From the IMG/VR virus record IMGVR_UViG_3300013121_000023, positions 96,001-160,000 of that record: a stretch of DNA of 64,000 bases. One strand, given 5' to 3'. Made by a program: the position numbers and the translations under genes. This DNA is from a virus (Duplodnaviria > Caudoviricetes). Below the pieces are notes generated by a model. The model was not told the DNA's origin and did not search any database. It saw nothing but the letters and a program-made list of their open reading frames with translations. Shown piece after piece: positions 11,338 through 20,524 of this stretch. The stretch's first letter is position 1. The number at the start of each line of letters is the position of its first letter.

Positions 11338-11712
11338 ATGGATGACGCATTCAAACTGGTAATTGACGTATTTGGGTGGTCTACCATCCTGTATGCCCTG
11401 TTTATACACTTCGTGGTCCTTTGCTTTAGACGGACTGCTGAAGCCATCAAGCCATCCCTGACCAGCAACAAGACGTGGCGCGGCCTTGTGCTGCACTCAG
11501 CTCCCCCTGTATTCGGCGTTCTGGGGGCCATCGTACCGGCCAACTACCCATTCCCAGGTGTCGTGGCCAGCAGCATGTACGCAAGGGTCATGTTCGGCGT
11601 TGTGCTCGGTACCTTGAGCGGCGTTGTGTACAAGCTACTCAAAAGCAAGTTCATGCCGGCAGACGACACGAAGTCAAAGGATGATGTGCCTCCTGTGACA
11701 ATAGATAAGTTA
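11338..11712 (+). CDS. holin-like membrane protein ending at TTA
   Basis: three hydrophobic segments, charged C-terminus; TTA 11710-11712 precedes a terminator hairpin. Confidence 0.5.
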
Positions 11713-11731
11713 CGTATGCGTGTGTAAATAG

Positions 11732-11768
11732 AGAAGCACCTGGAGTACTCCGGGTGCTTTTTCTTTTG
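11732..11768 (+). terminator. intrinsic terminator
   Basis: AAGCACCTGGAG-TA-CTCCGGGTGCTT followed by T-tract. Confidence 0.75.
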
Positions 11769-11778
11769 GAGGATTCAA

Positions 11779-12117
11779 ATGCTGGAAGACAAGAACATGT
11801 ACTGGGTTTTTATCATTGGCGTATTTGTGCTTCTATCCACCGTTTTGGGTATAGGCATAGCCTTCCTCAAGTCTTTCTTGGGTGATGGCCATGGCGTGGA
11901 TAAAGAGCTGGAAGACAAAAAGAAAGAGATAGACACAAAGATAGACGAAGAAATCAATGTGATCGACGAAACACAAGAGGAGAAGATAAAGGAAATCATA
12001 GAATCACATGATGTAGCCGTTCAAGAAGTCATTGATGAGCAGCAAAAGAAAGAGGAGATGCCCCCAGATGAACTTACTGCCAAGCTATTGGACATAGGTA
12101 GCAAGGTAAGGCAGTTA
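11779..12117 (+). CDS. membrane-anchored coiled-coil protein (i-spanin-like) ending at TTA
   Basis: N-terminal TM helix plus E/K-rich coil; TTA 12115-12117 lies just before hairpin TTGGCGCAC..GTGCGCCAA. Confidence 0.5.
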
Positions 12118-12156
12118 CAGCATATTGGCGCACTGCTTTAGCGGTGCGCCAAAACT

Positions 12157-12165
12157 GTCATAAGA
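12157..12165 (+). promoter_or_regulatory. CATAAGA candidate phage promoter element (first of ~13 copies)
   Basis: intergenic, strand-matched copies ahead of non-structural transcription units. Confidence 0.55.
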
Positions 12166-12197
12166 AAAAAGATAGTACACGTTTGAGGTGAGCAATC

Positions 12198-12668
12198 ATG
12201 TCGGTTTTCAAAAGAGATCTAAAACGTAAGCTTAAATGGAAGTATATAAAACGTCTTGTGCATCGAGAGTACAATCCCGAAATGCTAAACGCACTATATG
12301 ACATGCTCATATTCGAAATGGTTAATACGTATGAATCACATAACTCTCATTCTATTATGGTGAGTTTTTATGCGCTATGGTTGAGAGCAATTTTGACCCA
12401 CCCAGCCTTTGGTGTGTGGTACCAAGAATTTGGTATTAGAGTTGTTTGCTCAACTTGGTCAAGCAAAGTACGAATACACGTATCAAAGAACGAGATATAT
12501 CTGTACCTCGCGTATCGAGGTACTATGAAGGCATTGCGCAAATACGCACCAGAATACGTGCTTGGTGACATAAGAAAACTGATAAATGCTGGGCCGCCGG
12601 CTATATTTTATGACACAATAAAAGCAAAAAACTTTCGTAGGTATCTTTTGTTCGCCAAAGAAAAATAA
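12198..12668 (+). CDS. hypothetical protein (APEY paralogue family)
   Basis: LKWK, LWLRAILTHPAF..W and YAPEYV shared with next gene. Confidence 0.7.
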   Translation: MSVFKRDLKRKLKWKYIKRLVHREYNPEMLNALYDMLIFEMVNTYESHNSHSIMVSFYALWLRAILTHPAFGVWYQEFGIRVVCSTWSSKVRIHVSKNEIYLYLAYRGTMKALRKYAPEYVLGDIRKLINAGPPAIFYDTIKAKNFRRYLLFAKEK

Positions 12669-12704
12669 TGTGATGAGATTTTACAAGAAAGCCGATGTAT
12701 ATAC

Positions 12705-13253
12705 ATGTCTCTAAAAATATGTGTTACCGCCACCTTTCGCAATTACCCGCAGCGCCTAGTGCGCCAATCTTACCTAAGACTAAAATGGAAGTGCGTGAAG
12801 AGGTACGTTCACAGTATAGAAGAGTTGTCAGACTTGGTATATATTTACGGTGTATTGAGGGGTAACCTAATAACCGAACATAGGTATCTACGTATAGTTA
12901 AAAGGAAGAATGATGTATATGACTTGAGAGGCTCGTTGATAGCTTTCGACATTCTATGGATGAGAGCTGTGCTAACTCATCCGTACTTTCGTATCTGGTA
13001 CGCACAAAGAGGAATATATGTGATGGGTAGTGATACACACAGAAACAAAAATACAGACTTTTTGGTACGCATAGCGGTTATGCCTAATCTAGAAAAGACG
13101 ATAAAGAGGTATGCTCCAGAATATGTAAATGATGATCTTCTAACAGGAGATTTTTACGGGCAGTATAAAAAGATAACGAGAAGAGTACCATGGTACTTTC
13201 ATACATGCGTGATTATGAAGGATGGCACATTCACTTTTCTCACAAATGAATAA
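12705..13253 (+). CDS. hypothetical protein (APEY paralogue family)
   Basis: LKWK, LWMRAVLTHPYF..W, YAPEYV. Confidence 0.7.
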   Translation: MSLKICVTATFRNYPQRLVRQSYLRLKWKCVKRYVHSIEELSDLVYIYGVLRGNLITEHRYLRIVKRKNDVYDLRGSLIAFDILWMRAVLTHPYFRIWYAQRGIYVMGSDTHRNKNTDFLVRIAVMPNLEKTIKRYAPEYVNDDLLTGDFYGQYKKITRRVPWYFHTCVIMKDGTFTFLTNE

Positions 13254-13818
13254 TAAAAAGCAAGCACTAAGAGAACTATGCAGAATAGCCAATTCAGTAG
13301 AAACTAGACAGGACGTAATGGATCTGTTTTTTACTTTCGAAAACTTGTTTTGGGACGAGTACAACGTAGACGAAGCTAGAGAGCCCATACCGCCCATACA
13401 TAAGTGGAGTCAGGCCAGCCTACAAAGTACGTGTATGCTTATTGATGCTGAAGTTGAGCTTATGCGTGCCCTATTTTCGAATCCAATGTTCCCTTTTATT
13501 TATATGAACGACCCAGATCCATGTTACCTCCTTTTGCATATGGACAAAAGGCGTGACTTTGTTTTTATGAACTTCGGTCAGAGGTCTTCTATCCTTTTTG
13601 GTGCGCTAGTTTCTAATTCCATGCACGCTAATATACGGCATATGACTACCACCGGTTTGAAATATAGATTGAAACACGAACTTGAGATAACTCAGATTAT
13701 AGCGTTTTTGGAGGTCAGTAACGCACCACCATACGTACTCGATGTGGTTTACGAAAACGCAGCTTTTATGAAAAGTCTATACGATCTACAGGAAGCACAG
13801 ATTAGCTGGTGCGAGTAG
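13246..13818 (+). CDS. hypothetical protein (APEY paralogue family)
   Basis: CMLIDAEV.LMR..FSNP.FPFIY and AFLEVSNAP.Y shared with next gene. Confidence 0.7.
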   Translation: MNNKKQALRELCRIANSVETRQDVMDLFFTFENLFWDEYNVDEAREPIPPIHKWSQASLQSTCMLIDAEVELMRALFSNPMFPFIYMNDPDPCYLLLHMDKRRDFVFMNFGQRSSILFGALVSNSMHANIRHMTTTGLKYRLKHELEITQIIAFLEVSNAPPYVLDVVYENAAFMKSLYDLQEAQISWCE

Positions 13819-13820
13819 GC

Positions 13821-14366
13821 ATGATTAATCTGAATGATACTATAAAGACAAAGCTGGTAGGAATATTCATAAAGGCCGGTTTGGCAGAAAGTAGAGCTGA
13901 CATACAACAGGTGTTCGAAGATTTCGAAGAGGTACTCATCGATTACTATAGTTCTGTTTTTCGCTTCAATGGAGAGTCTGCAAAAGTGGTAACCACGGCC
14001 AGAGATATGTGTATGCTTATTGACGCAGAAGTTGATTTGATGAGAACTATATTCTCTAATCCTGCATTTCCTTTTATTTATATAAACTATCCAGACCCAT
14101 GGTTCCAATTTATCTATATGGACAAACTACGAGATTTCGTAAGCATAAGTAGGCATTCTCCTAGAATATGTATTCTGTCGGAGAGTTCTCCGATTCATAC
14201 TTATCATGACTATAAGGACGCTTACGATGAGGTTGTTCGTACAGTAGCATTTCTTGAGGTTAGTAACGCGCCTGACTACATAATGGAGGTAGCTTACAGA
14301 AATACACACCTATTTCTAGAGTCCGATAAGGGCGTAAAAACTGGTAAGAAAGGTAAAATATTGTGA
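13821..14366 (+). CDS. hypothetical protein (APEY paralogue family)
   Basis: close paralogue of the 13246 gene, with matching DNA stretches. Confidence 0.7.
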   Translation: MINLNDTIKTKLVGIFIKAGLAESRADIQQVFEDFEEVLIDYYSSVFRFNGESAKVVTTARDMCMLIDAEVDLMRTIFSNPAFPFIYINYPDPWFQFIYMDKLRDFVSISRHSPRICILSESSPIHTYHDYKDAYDEVVRTVAFLEVSNAPDYIMEVAYRNTHLFLESDKGVKTGKKGKIL

Positions 14367-14794
14367 ACATAGTAGCGTTTATTGTGGGCGACACACTAGT
14401 AATAGTTTCAGAAGGTGGGGATCTTTTCAGGGTTGACATGTGTAGCGCTCCTATTAGACAACGTATAGACCAGGTTGATAGCTTGGACGAGTTCGCATCG
14501 ATTATTTATGCAAACTCATTTGAGGCTGCGCCGAGTGCAAACGAGTCAATAGAGCTTATACGGTCTGCCGTGAACAATCCATGTCTACCTATGTGGTTTG
14601 TACAAGATCCTTTTGTGGTGTACGTACTACTGTGCCTGCCTTCGATTACGTGTTTCAATAAGGAGATTATTAAGTCGATAATGATGAATCAGGTAATCAA
14701 CATAACTCCATCTATTATAAGTATACTTCCAGAGTATATACAAATGTACATAATAGATCTAATGCGTACATCTATGCGCCTAAAAGAGGCATAA
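14363..14794 (+). CDS. hypothetical protein (distant APEY family)
   Basis: NNPCLPMWF..LPEYI. Confidence 0.6.
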   Translation: MNIVAFIVGDTLVIVSEGGDLFRVDMCSAPIRQRIDQVDSLDEFASIIYANSFEAAPSANESIELIRSAVNNPCLPMWFVQDPFVVYVLLCLPSITCFNKEIIKSIMMNQVINITPSIISILPEYIQMYIIDLMRTSMRLKEA

Positions 14795-14799
14795 GAACC

Positions 14800-15276
14800 A
14801 TGAATAAAACCGTACTAGAAAGAGCAATGCAGATTCTGGGCAATGCAGATGGTACTGATTTCGTAAGCAGGGTTAATGAAGCGTGTGATTTCATTGCGGA
14901 GAACATTACGGTAGCAACCGACATGTACACTATGGTACATGTATGTACTACGTGTGCATATATCGCTGGCACAATGAAGGTAGGCTACGGTAGCGATACT
15001 TTGGTACGCCTTATACGTAGGGAGTTTCTTAGAGGACTATACAGGATGCCTCAGTTTCCTATATGGTTTCTCGAAGACGAGAAGCTCTGCCTATCTTTCA
15101 TAACTCACATATGTGGGTGTAACTCTGAAGCAGACCACATTGTATCGTTGCTGTGCCTAGATAGAATTGGGGAACGTCCTGTATTTTTGGAAGTGGAGGC
15201 ACCGATTTACGTTAAGGAGTACGTCATAAAAAGAGCATCCATATACGGCTATGATGGGTGCCATATGAACGTTTAG
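14800..15276 (+). CDS. hypothetical protein (distant APEY family)
   Basis: PQFPIWF..EAPIYV. Confidence 0.6.
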   Translation: MNKTVLERAMQILGNADGTDFVSRVNEACDFIAENITVATDMYTMVHVCTTCAYIAGTMKVGYGSDTLVRLIRREFLRGLYRMPQFPIWFLEDEKLCLSFITHICGCNSEADHIVSLLCLDRIGERPVFLEVEAPIYVKEYVIKRASIYGYDGCHMNV

Positions 15277-15285
15277 GAGAACGCT

Positions 15286-15789
15286 ATGGATGTCACGTTT
15301 CATGCATACAAGTTCGGTAGAGAGATACGACAGCTGAAAGAACTCAGCGAAGAAGAAGAGCTTGCCTTTCTACAATCCTCGTTGAAAAACATCAAAGACA
15401 AAATTATAGAAGAGATAGAAAAAGCAACAGATGGTGATAATGCAGTGTTTATTGTAAAATATATGCTTAATGTTTCTCGAATGGCCGTTAATGAGATACG
15501 CCTAAAGTACTTTGATGTCAATCATCCATATAAAAACGCTGTTGCACGTATGGTGCATGAATACACATACGACATAGTAACAAAAGTAGTCACTGATCCA
15601 ACAATTGTTGTTTTGTGCCAAATCCATAACAATGACAGACGAGATATTGTATGGGAAATTACGCTTACTATAGTAAATGCTGGATCTAGCGTAAATGACG
15701 AGTATAGACGTGTTCGTATAGCAGACGTACCCACAAGAACATTGAGGACATACGAACGGGCCTTGTTTAACATACCGGATTGGTTTTTA
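15286..15789 (+). CDS. hypothetical protein, probably ending at TTA
   Basis: AGGAG SD; only in-frame TTA seen is at 15787, 12 codons before TAA. Confidence 0.55.
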
Positions 15790-15888
15790 GTCGTATTGGA
15801 AAAAATATTGCGTATTGGCGCATAAGAGGTTTGGCAGTTACTTTGGGCGTCCAAATGGCCGCCCATGTTTCATCAAAAGGAGTTAGTT

Positions 15889-16326
15889 ATGGGTTTTTAT
15901 GGACGTGGAGATGAAGGTCAGATGGTGGTTAGCGTAACAAAGGATTTTCTTATACAGAAGCTCACTGATAACAAAGAAAACCATATTAAAGAGTACAAAA
16001 AAGCAATAGCTAGTTACCAAGCTAGGGTAGCTAAGGAACTGGCTGCCGTGCTTGCCAAATTGCAGGCCGGTAAACCCATACCGGAAAGCTGGACGTATAA
16101 GCGCCCAGTATCACACGAGCGCGAGTACGCGCTTGCAATAGACATGTTGAGAGCATCGGTAGATACGACGCTCAAAATAACCGGTTCGATGTACGATATG
16201 TACGTCAATGACCGGTGGGACTGGAAATCCACGTTCGACGTAGTAAATGCTACGTATAATGATGGAGACGCCAACTCCGACGCAGGCGCCAACTCCGACG
16301 CAGGCGAGACCATGGTGCGTTCGTGA
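15889..16326 (+). CDS. hypothetical phage protein
   Basis: AAGGAG SD, ATG 15889; N..HI.EY..A..P.SH..EY..AI.ML..YV.D.W.W pattern; 18-nt tandem repeat near 3' end. Confidence 0.7.
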   Translation: MGFYGRGDEGQMVVSVTKDFLIQKLTDNKENHIKEYKKAIASYQARVAKELAAVLAKLQAGKPIPESWTYKRPVSHEREYALAIDMLRASVDTTLKITGSMYDMYVNDRWDWKSTFDVVNATYNDGDANSDAGANSDAGETMVRS

Positions 16327-16332
16327 TTTGTG

Positions 16333-16537
16333 AGACGCCAAGTCTCCATGTCGGAAAACGAGGGATGTGGGCCACAGTTGACCCACAAATCCCAAAGGTG
16401 TCTGTGATGGCTTCGGCCAGAGTGATGGTCGCCGATTGACATCCGTCCATCGGCGATAGATACTGAGGGCCATGTACCACTAGCTGCACCTTGGTCGTGG
16501 CCCTCCTTGTTTCCGGTTCCATCAACCGTTTTTTTTT
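16333..16537 (+). ncRNA. multi-hairpin intergenic RNA / candidate leader
   Basis: several nested inverted repeats (GGGATGTGGG/CCCACAAATCCC, TGGC-TTCG-GCCA, TCGCCGAT/ATCGGCGA, GAGGGCCATG/CGTGGCCCTC) then T-tract. Confidence 0.45.
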
Positions 16538-16554
16538 CGTTCAAGGAGGATGTG

Positions 16555-17073
16555 ATGACGACACGAAAGTTTGGGTTTGGTTCTATCCGTGTGGCTCGTA
16601 ACTTGATTGATATCGCAAGAGTAGATATCAGAAAATACGAGATGAGGATAGCCGCCACGCAAGCGTTGTACGACGTTTGTAAGGAGCTGATCAAGAGCGG
16701 AACTCTTATGGGTATCAACGCCCGTACAGTTTTGCTGCTTATGGCTTATCTCAAAGGTAGGTATTATGACGATGTTGAGAGAAAGCAAAGCGCTACATCA
16801 CGAAAATTTTTGAACGCCATAACCTTCAAGATACTGCATGACATAAAGTCAATCTTCCCAAATAAAGACAGTTTGAAGAACGTAGCCTTCGAACACATCA
16901 AGTTGGACGGCGCTGGTGGTTTTGCTGACTGGGTAGCATCCTGCGGAAACAACGTGGTTTCGGTGCCGCCTGGAACCAAGAAGGCCAGAAAGAAAGCTTA
17001 CGCCGAAAGAAGGGCTGCGCGAGTTAAGAAGGACATGGAAATGACTCATACAGCGAGTGACTTCAAAGCTTAG
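16555..17073 (+). CDS. basic hypothetical protein, in frame with downstream Pth2 across a TAG
   Basis: AAGGAGG SD; LLMAYLKGRYYDDVE motif; ends TAG 17071-17073. Confidence 0.7.
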   Translation: MTTRKFGFGSIRVARNLIDIARVDIRKYEMRIAATQALYDVCKELIKSGTLMGINARTVLLLMAYLKGRYYDDVERKQSATSRKFLNAITFKILHDIKSIFPNKDSLKNVAFEHIKLDGAGGFADWVASCGNNVVSVPPGTKKARKKAYAERRAARVKKDMEMTHTASDFKA

Positions 17074-17382
17074 AGGGTATATGTGGTGGTGTGTGACGAT
17101 CTCCCCAGCAGCTCACAAAAAGCTGTTCAGGGAGCACACGCACTCACCCAGTACATTCTACGTAACTTGCAAGAAGCCCAACAATGGGAAAAGGACTCAA
17201 ACGTCCTTGTGTTTCTGCGGGTGCCCGACGAGCAAGCCCTTATTTCTACAGCTGACAAGCTGAAGATTAATGGCGTTCCGGTGGAGGTGTTTACTGAGCC
17301 CGATTTGGGTAATAGGGCTACAGCACTGGCTGCGTCACCGTCAGCAGCCAAGCACCTCAAAAGATACCCACTGATGAAGTTA
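17074..17382 (+). CDS. pth2: Pth2-like peptidyl-tRNA hydrolase domain ending at TTA
   Basis: RVYVVVCDDL..QKAVQGAHA..W..LVFLRV..E..L..FTEPDLGN..TALA..YPLMK then TTA 17380-17382 right before a terminator. Confidence 0.75.
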
Positions 17383-17384
17383 CG

Positions 17385-17418
17385 AAAGCGGGCCTCGGCC
17401 CGCTTTCTTTTTAACTAC
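17385..17418 (+). terminator. intrinsic terminator
   Basis: GAAAGCGGGCC-TC-GGCCCGCTTTC plus TTTTTAACTA. Confidence 0.8.
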
Positions 17419-17487
17419 CAAACATTATTCATTTACAGACATAAGATGTGTGAGAAAAAGACGTATTCTCAAATATAGGAGAAATCT

Positions 17488-18222
17488 ATGCGCGCTCTTC
17501 CGATGATTGAAGCTGCTCCACATAAAGGCCAACTCTACTGTTCAGTGCGGTATGCAAAAAATTACGTAGCTGATAAAAAGGATTTCTTTATGCGTCTATT
17601 TAGCAAGCTCGGTACGCATACATGCGCGCCAGCAGCACACTGCTACACAGGAGATCCAGTAACCATATCTTCCATGTATTACGCATGCCCATTTTTGACG
17701 CATATCAAACCCACTTACCACAGATTGTCTTATCGGTGCGACCTGTTTGAAGATAAACTATCCACAGTTATCCCCAACAATACGGGAATACCGTTTCACA
17801 TATACGACTTTGAAATGCTTATGAATAGTCTGCAACGTGAAAATCAGATTGCTGTAGGTACTGCCATACAACTTCAAATTGGTCGTTTGTGGCAATGTCG
17901 TCAGCTACAAGAAGATTTGACTATGCATGGACGTTATCTCGGAGAAAGCAGAGATGGTCGCTCATCAGATGGGAATCATACGTCTGGTCTAAATATGATT
18001 CCATTTATAATACGTACCGATGGCGGTCAGTCGTCTGACAAGATTTCACTCAATGCGAAAAAGGAGGTGTTCTTGAAAACGCTACTTAATCCATCACCAC
18101 CAGTGACACAGATATACCCAATGTCGGCAGCACTTGATGAACTGCATACAGCCGACGAGATGAAAACAGCGAGGAGTCGTTATGAAGAGATATTGAAAGA
18201 GTTGCCGAAAGTGGATGAATTA
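17488..18222 (+). CDS. cysteine-cluster protein (YkgJ-like spacing) ending at TTA
   Basis: CPFL..YRC.LF..CRQLQEDL..HG; TTA 18220-18222 removes a 56-nt overlap with the next gene. Confidence 0.55.
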
Positions 18223-18286
18223 TCGTTGAAGACAACTTTTACTCTGTGCTTCTGTAACGTAAGCGCTGTCTCGTTTTTAGAAAGGT

Positions 18287-19426
18287 GTGAACATGTCGTA
18301 TTTCTTCACAAAAGACGATCTCTCGGTATCATACGGAACTAATCTGTATAACTGTTTGTACGATAATGACTTTTGGTCCAGCCTGTTGTCCAGAGTCTCG
18401 CTCAGACTAGGAATGTCTGCTTACGTAGGAAATGTTGGCGACGCTAGATCTAAAATATCGAAAGATAACTTCGATAAGCTAGTGTCTATTCTTAAAGAGA
18501 GTTGTTTTACTAAAGTCTACTCAAGAGGTGATTATCCGTCTTGTGAAGAGGTATATCTATCCGTAGCTGGATACGTGATTGTAGACGTATTCCAGGATAA
18601 CCATACATTCATATATGTAGGAATGTTCGATAGGGAGTCTGTTAGTAAGCTTAAATCCAAAATAGAGCATCTTGTAGAAAAAGTACCTGAAAATAAAGTT
18701 GATAACATACCGCGGGTACACGTCGTAGTTCAAACATCTAGCGGCCTAGACACTAGGGAATTTAATAGTGTCTATTGCAAGCTAGTTCGGGATAACTATG
18801 ACGCGCGCGTTCTTTCGCAGTGGGACAACGTTATTTCTGAGTTCAAGAAATCCGAGCCTGTGGCTAGAATGGCCATACTGAATGGCCCGCCAGGCACCGG
18901 TAAAACACATCTTATAAAGTCCATGCTGTTTGAAGATGGATTGTTTTGCCTTCTTCTGCCAAATGATTTGTTTGTAAACGTGGCCTCACCGGCCTTCCTC
19001 AACTTCTTGATAAATACAGCAGGGAGAATTTCACAGAAGTTGGTTCTTATACTTGAGGACGCCGATAGTCTATTGGAGGAGAGGTCCAACAAAGACGACG
19101 TTAATCCATTGGCGACGCTGCTCAATATGGCAGACGGAATATTGGGTAGAATATTGGATGTTCGTATGATTTTGACTACGAATAGAAAAGATCAAACGTA
19201 TGACGCCGCTACCCTGAGAGCTGGTAGGCTTCTTCACAACATAAACGTAGATAAGTTGGAAAAGAATGGTGTACTCAAAGCCTTTAGAAACATACTGGCT
19301 GACAATGGGATGTCTGAGAATGACATTCATTGCGAACTAGAAAAATTCGCGGCGGATCGCATGTCCATTGCCGATGTATATGCGATGGCGTTTGATGTGC
19401 TCAACAAGAGAAGAGAAGCAAAATGA
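18287..19426 (+). CDS. AAA+ ATPase
   Basis: GPPGTGKT, ILEDAD, TTN, LRAGRL. Confidence 0.9.
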   Translation: MNMSYFFTKDDLSVSYGTNLYNCLYDNDFWSSLLSRVSLRLGMSAYVGNVGDARSKISKDNFDKLVSILKESCFTKVYSRGDYPSCEEVYLSVAGYVIVDVFQDNHTFIYVGMFDRESVSKLKSKIEHLVEKVPENKVDNIPRVHVVVQTSSGLDTREFNSVYCKLVRDNYDARVLSQWDNVISEFKKSEPVARMAILNGPPGTGKTHLIKSMLFEDGLFCLLLPNDLFVNVASPAFLNFLINTAGRISQKLVLILEDADSLLEERSNKDDVNPLATLLNMADGILGRILDVRMILTTNRKDQTYDAATLRAGRLLHNINVDKLEKNGVLKAFRNILADNGMSENDIHCELEKFAADRMSIADVYAMAFDVLNKRREAK

Positions 19427-20505
19427 TAGATCTAGGACCGATCAAAAACTACCTGTCTTTGGTTTGTACGGCAGACGATGCCGGTATCACATACGACAAA
19501 CTATTGAATGCGCTAACAATATCGCAAATGTTGTCGTATAAAGAGAGCTACGTAAGAGTACTGCGCTTGTCAAAGGACATGCTTTCACCTGACGGTAACA
19601 GGGTAATAAGTAAAAGAAACCTAGTAAAGTTGGAGAAGCAACTGTCTGCAAAGTTCTATCTAATGCAGCATGCAGGTAATAGAAAGTATTACGTATCCAA
19701 GGATGGGTGCGGTTTTCTGATGGTAGATGCTGGCGAGTACTTGTCTATAGTGGGGGCCGAACTGTGGTTCAGTAATCTACCAGGTGGGTCAGGTACTGAT
19801 GCAATTAAAAGCGCGCTAAGCCTCAGTAGATTGGAGGCAAGACCTACTGCGTGCGTCCACATGCTAGTAGCGCAGGGCGGTATTTTGACAGCCCGCCCAG
19901 TGTTCATAAAGGAAAGCAAGTTTGTAGTCTCTAACTACTCTTCAACGGTTAGGAACAAATGGGCGCACGCCGTATCAGCTATGTGTAGCGCTGAGCCACC
20001 AGCTAGACTGACTATACTGAATGGTCCGCCAGGAACTGGCAAGACACACTTGATAAAATCACTTCTGAGTAATAAGGATGTCAGTTGTTTGTTCATACCT
20101 AATGGTTTGTTTCCTAAGTTGGCCGATCCATCATTCATAGGTGCAGTCACGGACTTCTGCCGATCTACCGATCTACCTGTGCTTATTATGGAAGATGCCG
20201 ATGATGTATTGAGTTCCAGAGAAGAGGCAGGGACAGTGAACCCGTTGGCTACACTGCTTAATATGACAGATGGAATACTTGGTGTGATGCTGAACATTCG
20301 TGTGATTTTGACCACGAACAGAAAGGACCAATCTCTGGACAAAGCTTTGATCAGAGAGGGTCGTCTTCTAGAGCACATAGAGGTGGGGTATCTTTCTCCG
20401 AGCGAGGCTGTAGAGTGCGCCAAAGGGCTTGGCGCTTCTATAAAGAAGCCTTCAAACAGTATGCCTTTGTGTGATGTGTATGCTGCGATTAAGCAAAAGA
20501 TTTAG
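19423..20505 (+). CDS. AAA+ ATPase (tandem paralogue)
   Basis: GPPGTGKT, IMEDAD, TTN, IREGRL. Confidence 0.9.
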   Translation: MIDLGPIKNYLSLVCTADDAGITYDKLLNALTISQMLSYKESYVRVLRLSKDMLSPDGNRVISKRNLVKLEKQLSAKFYLMQHAGNRKYYVSKDGCGFLMVDAGEYLSIVGAELWFSNLPGGSGTDAIKSALSLSRLEARPTACVHMLVAQGGILTARPVFIKESKFVVSNYSSTVRNKWAHAVSAMCSAEPPARLTILNGPPGTGKTHLIKSLLSNKDVSCLFIPNGLFPKLADPSFIGAVTDFCRSTDLPVLIMEDADDVLSSREEAGTVNPLATLLNMTDGILGVMLNIRVILTTNRKDQSLDKALIREGRLLEHIEVGYLSPSEAVECAKGLGASIKKPSNSMPLCDVYAAIKQKI

Positions 20506-20524
20506 GGTTTAAGTCATAAGAATT

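Noticed and set aside
16268-16307. 18-nt tandem repeat (also GTC run near 61485 and 12-nt repeat near 62675)
   Set aside because: In-frame slippage duplications in low-complexity protein segments; no array structure
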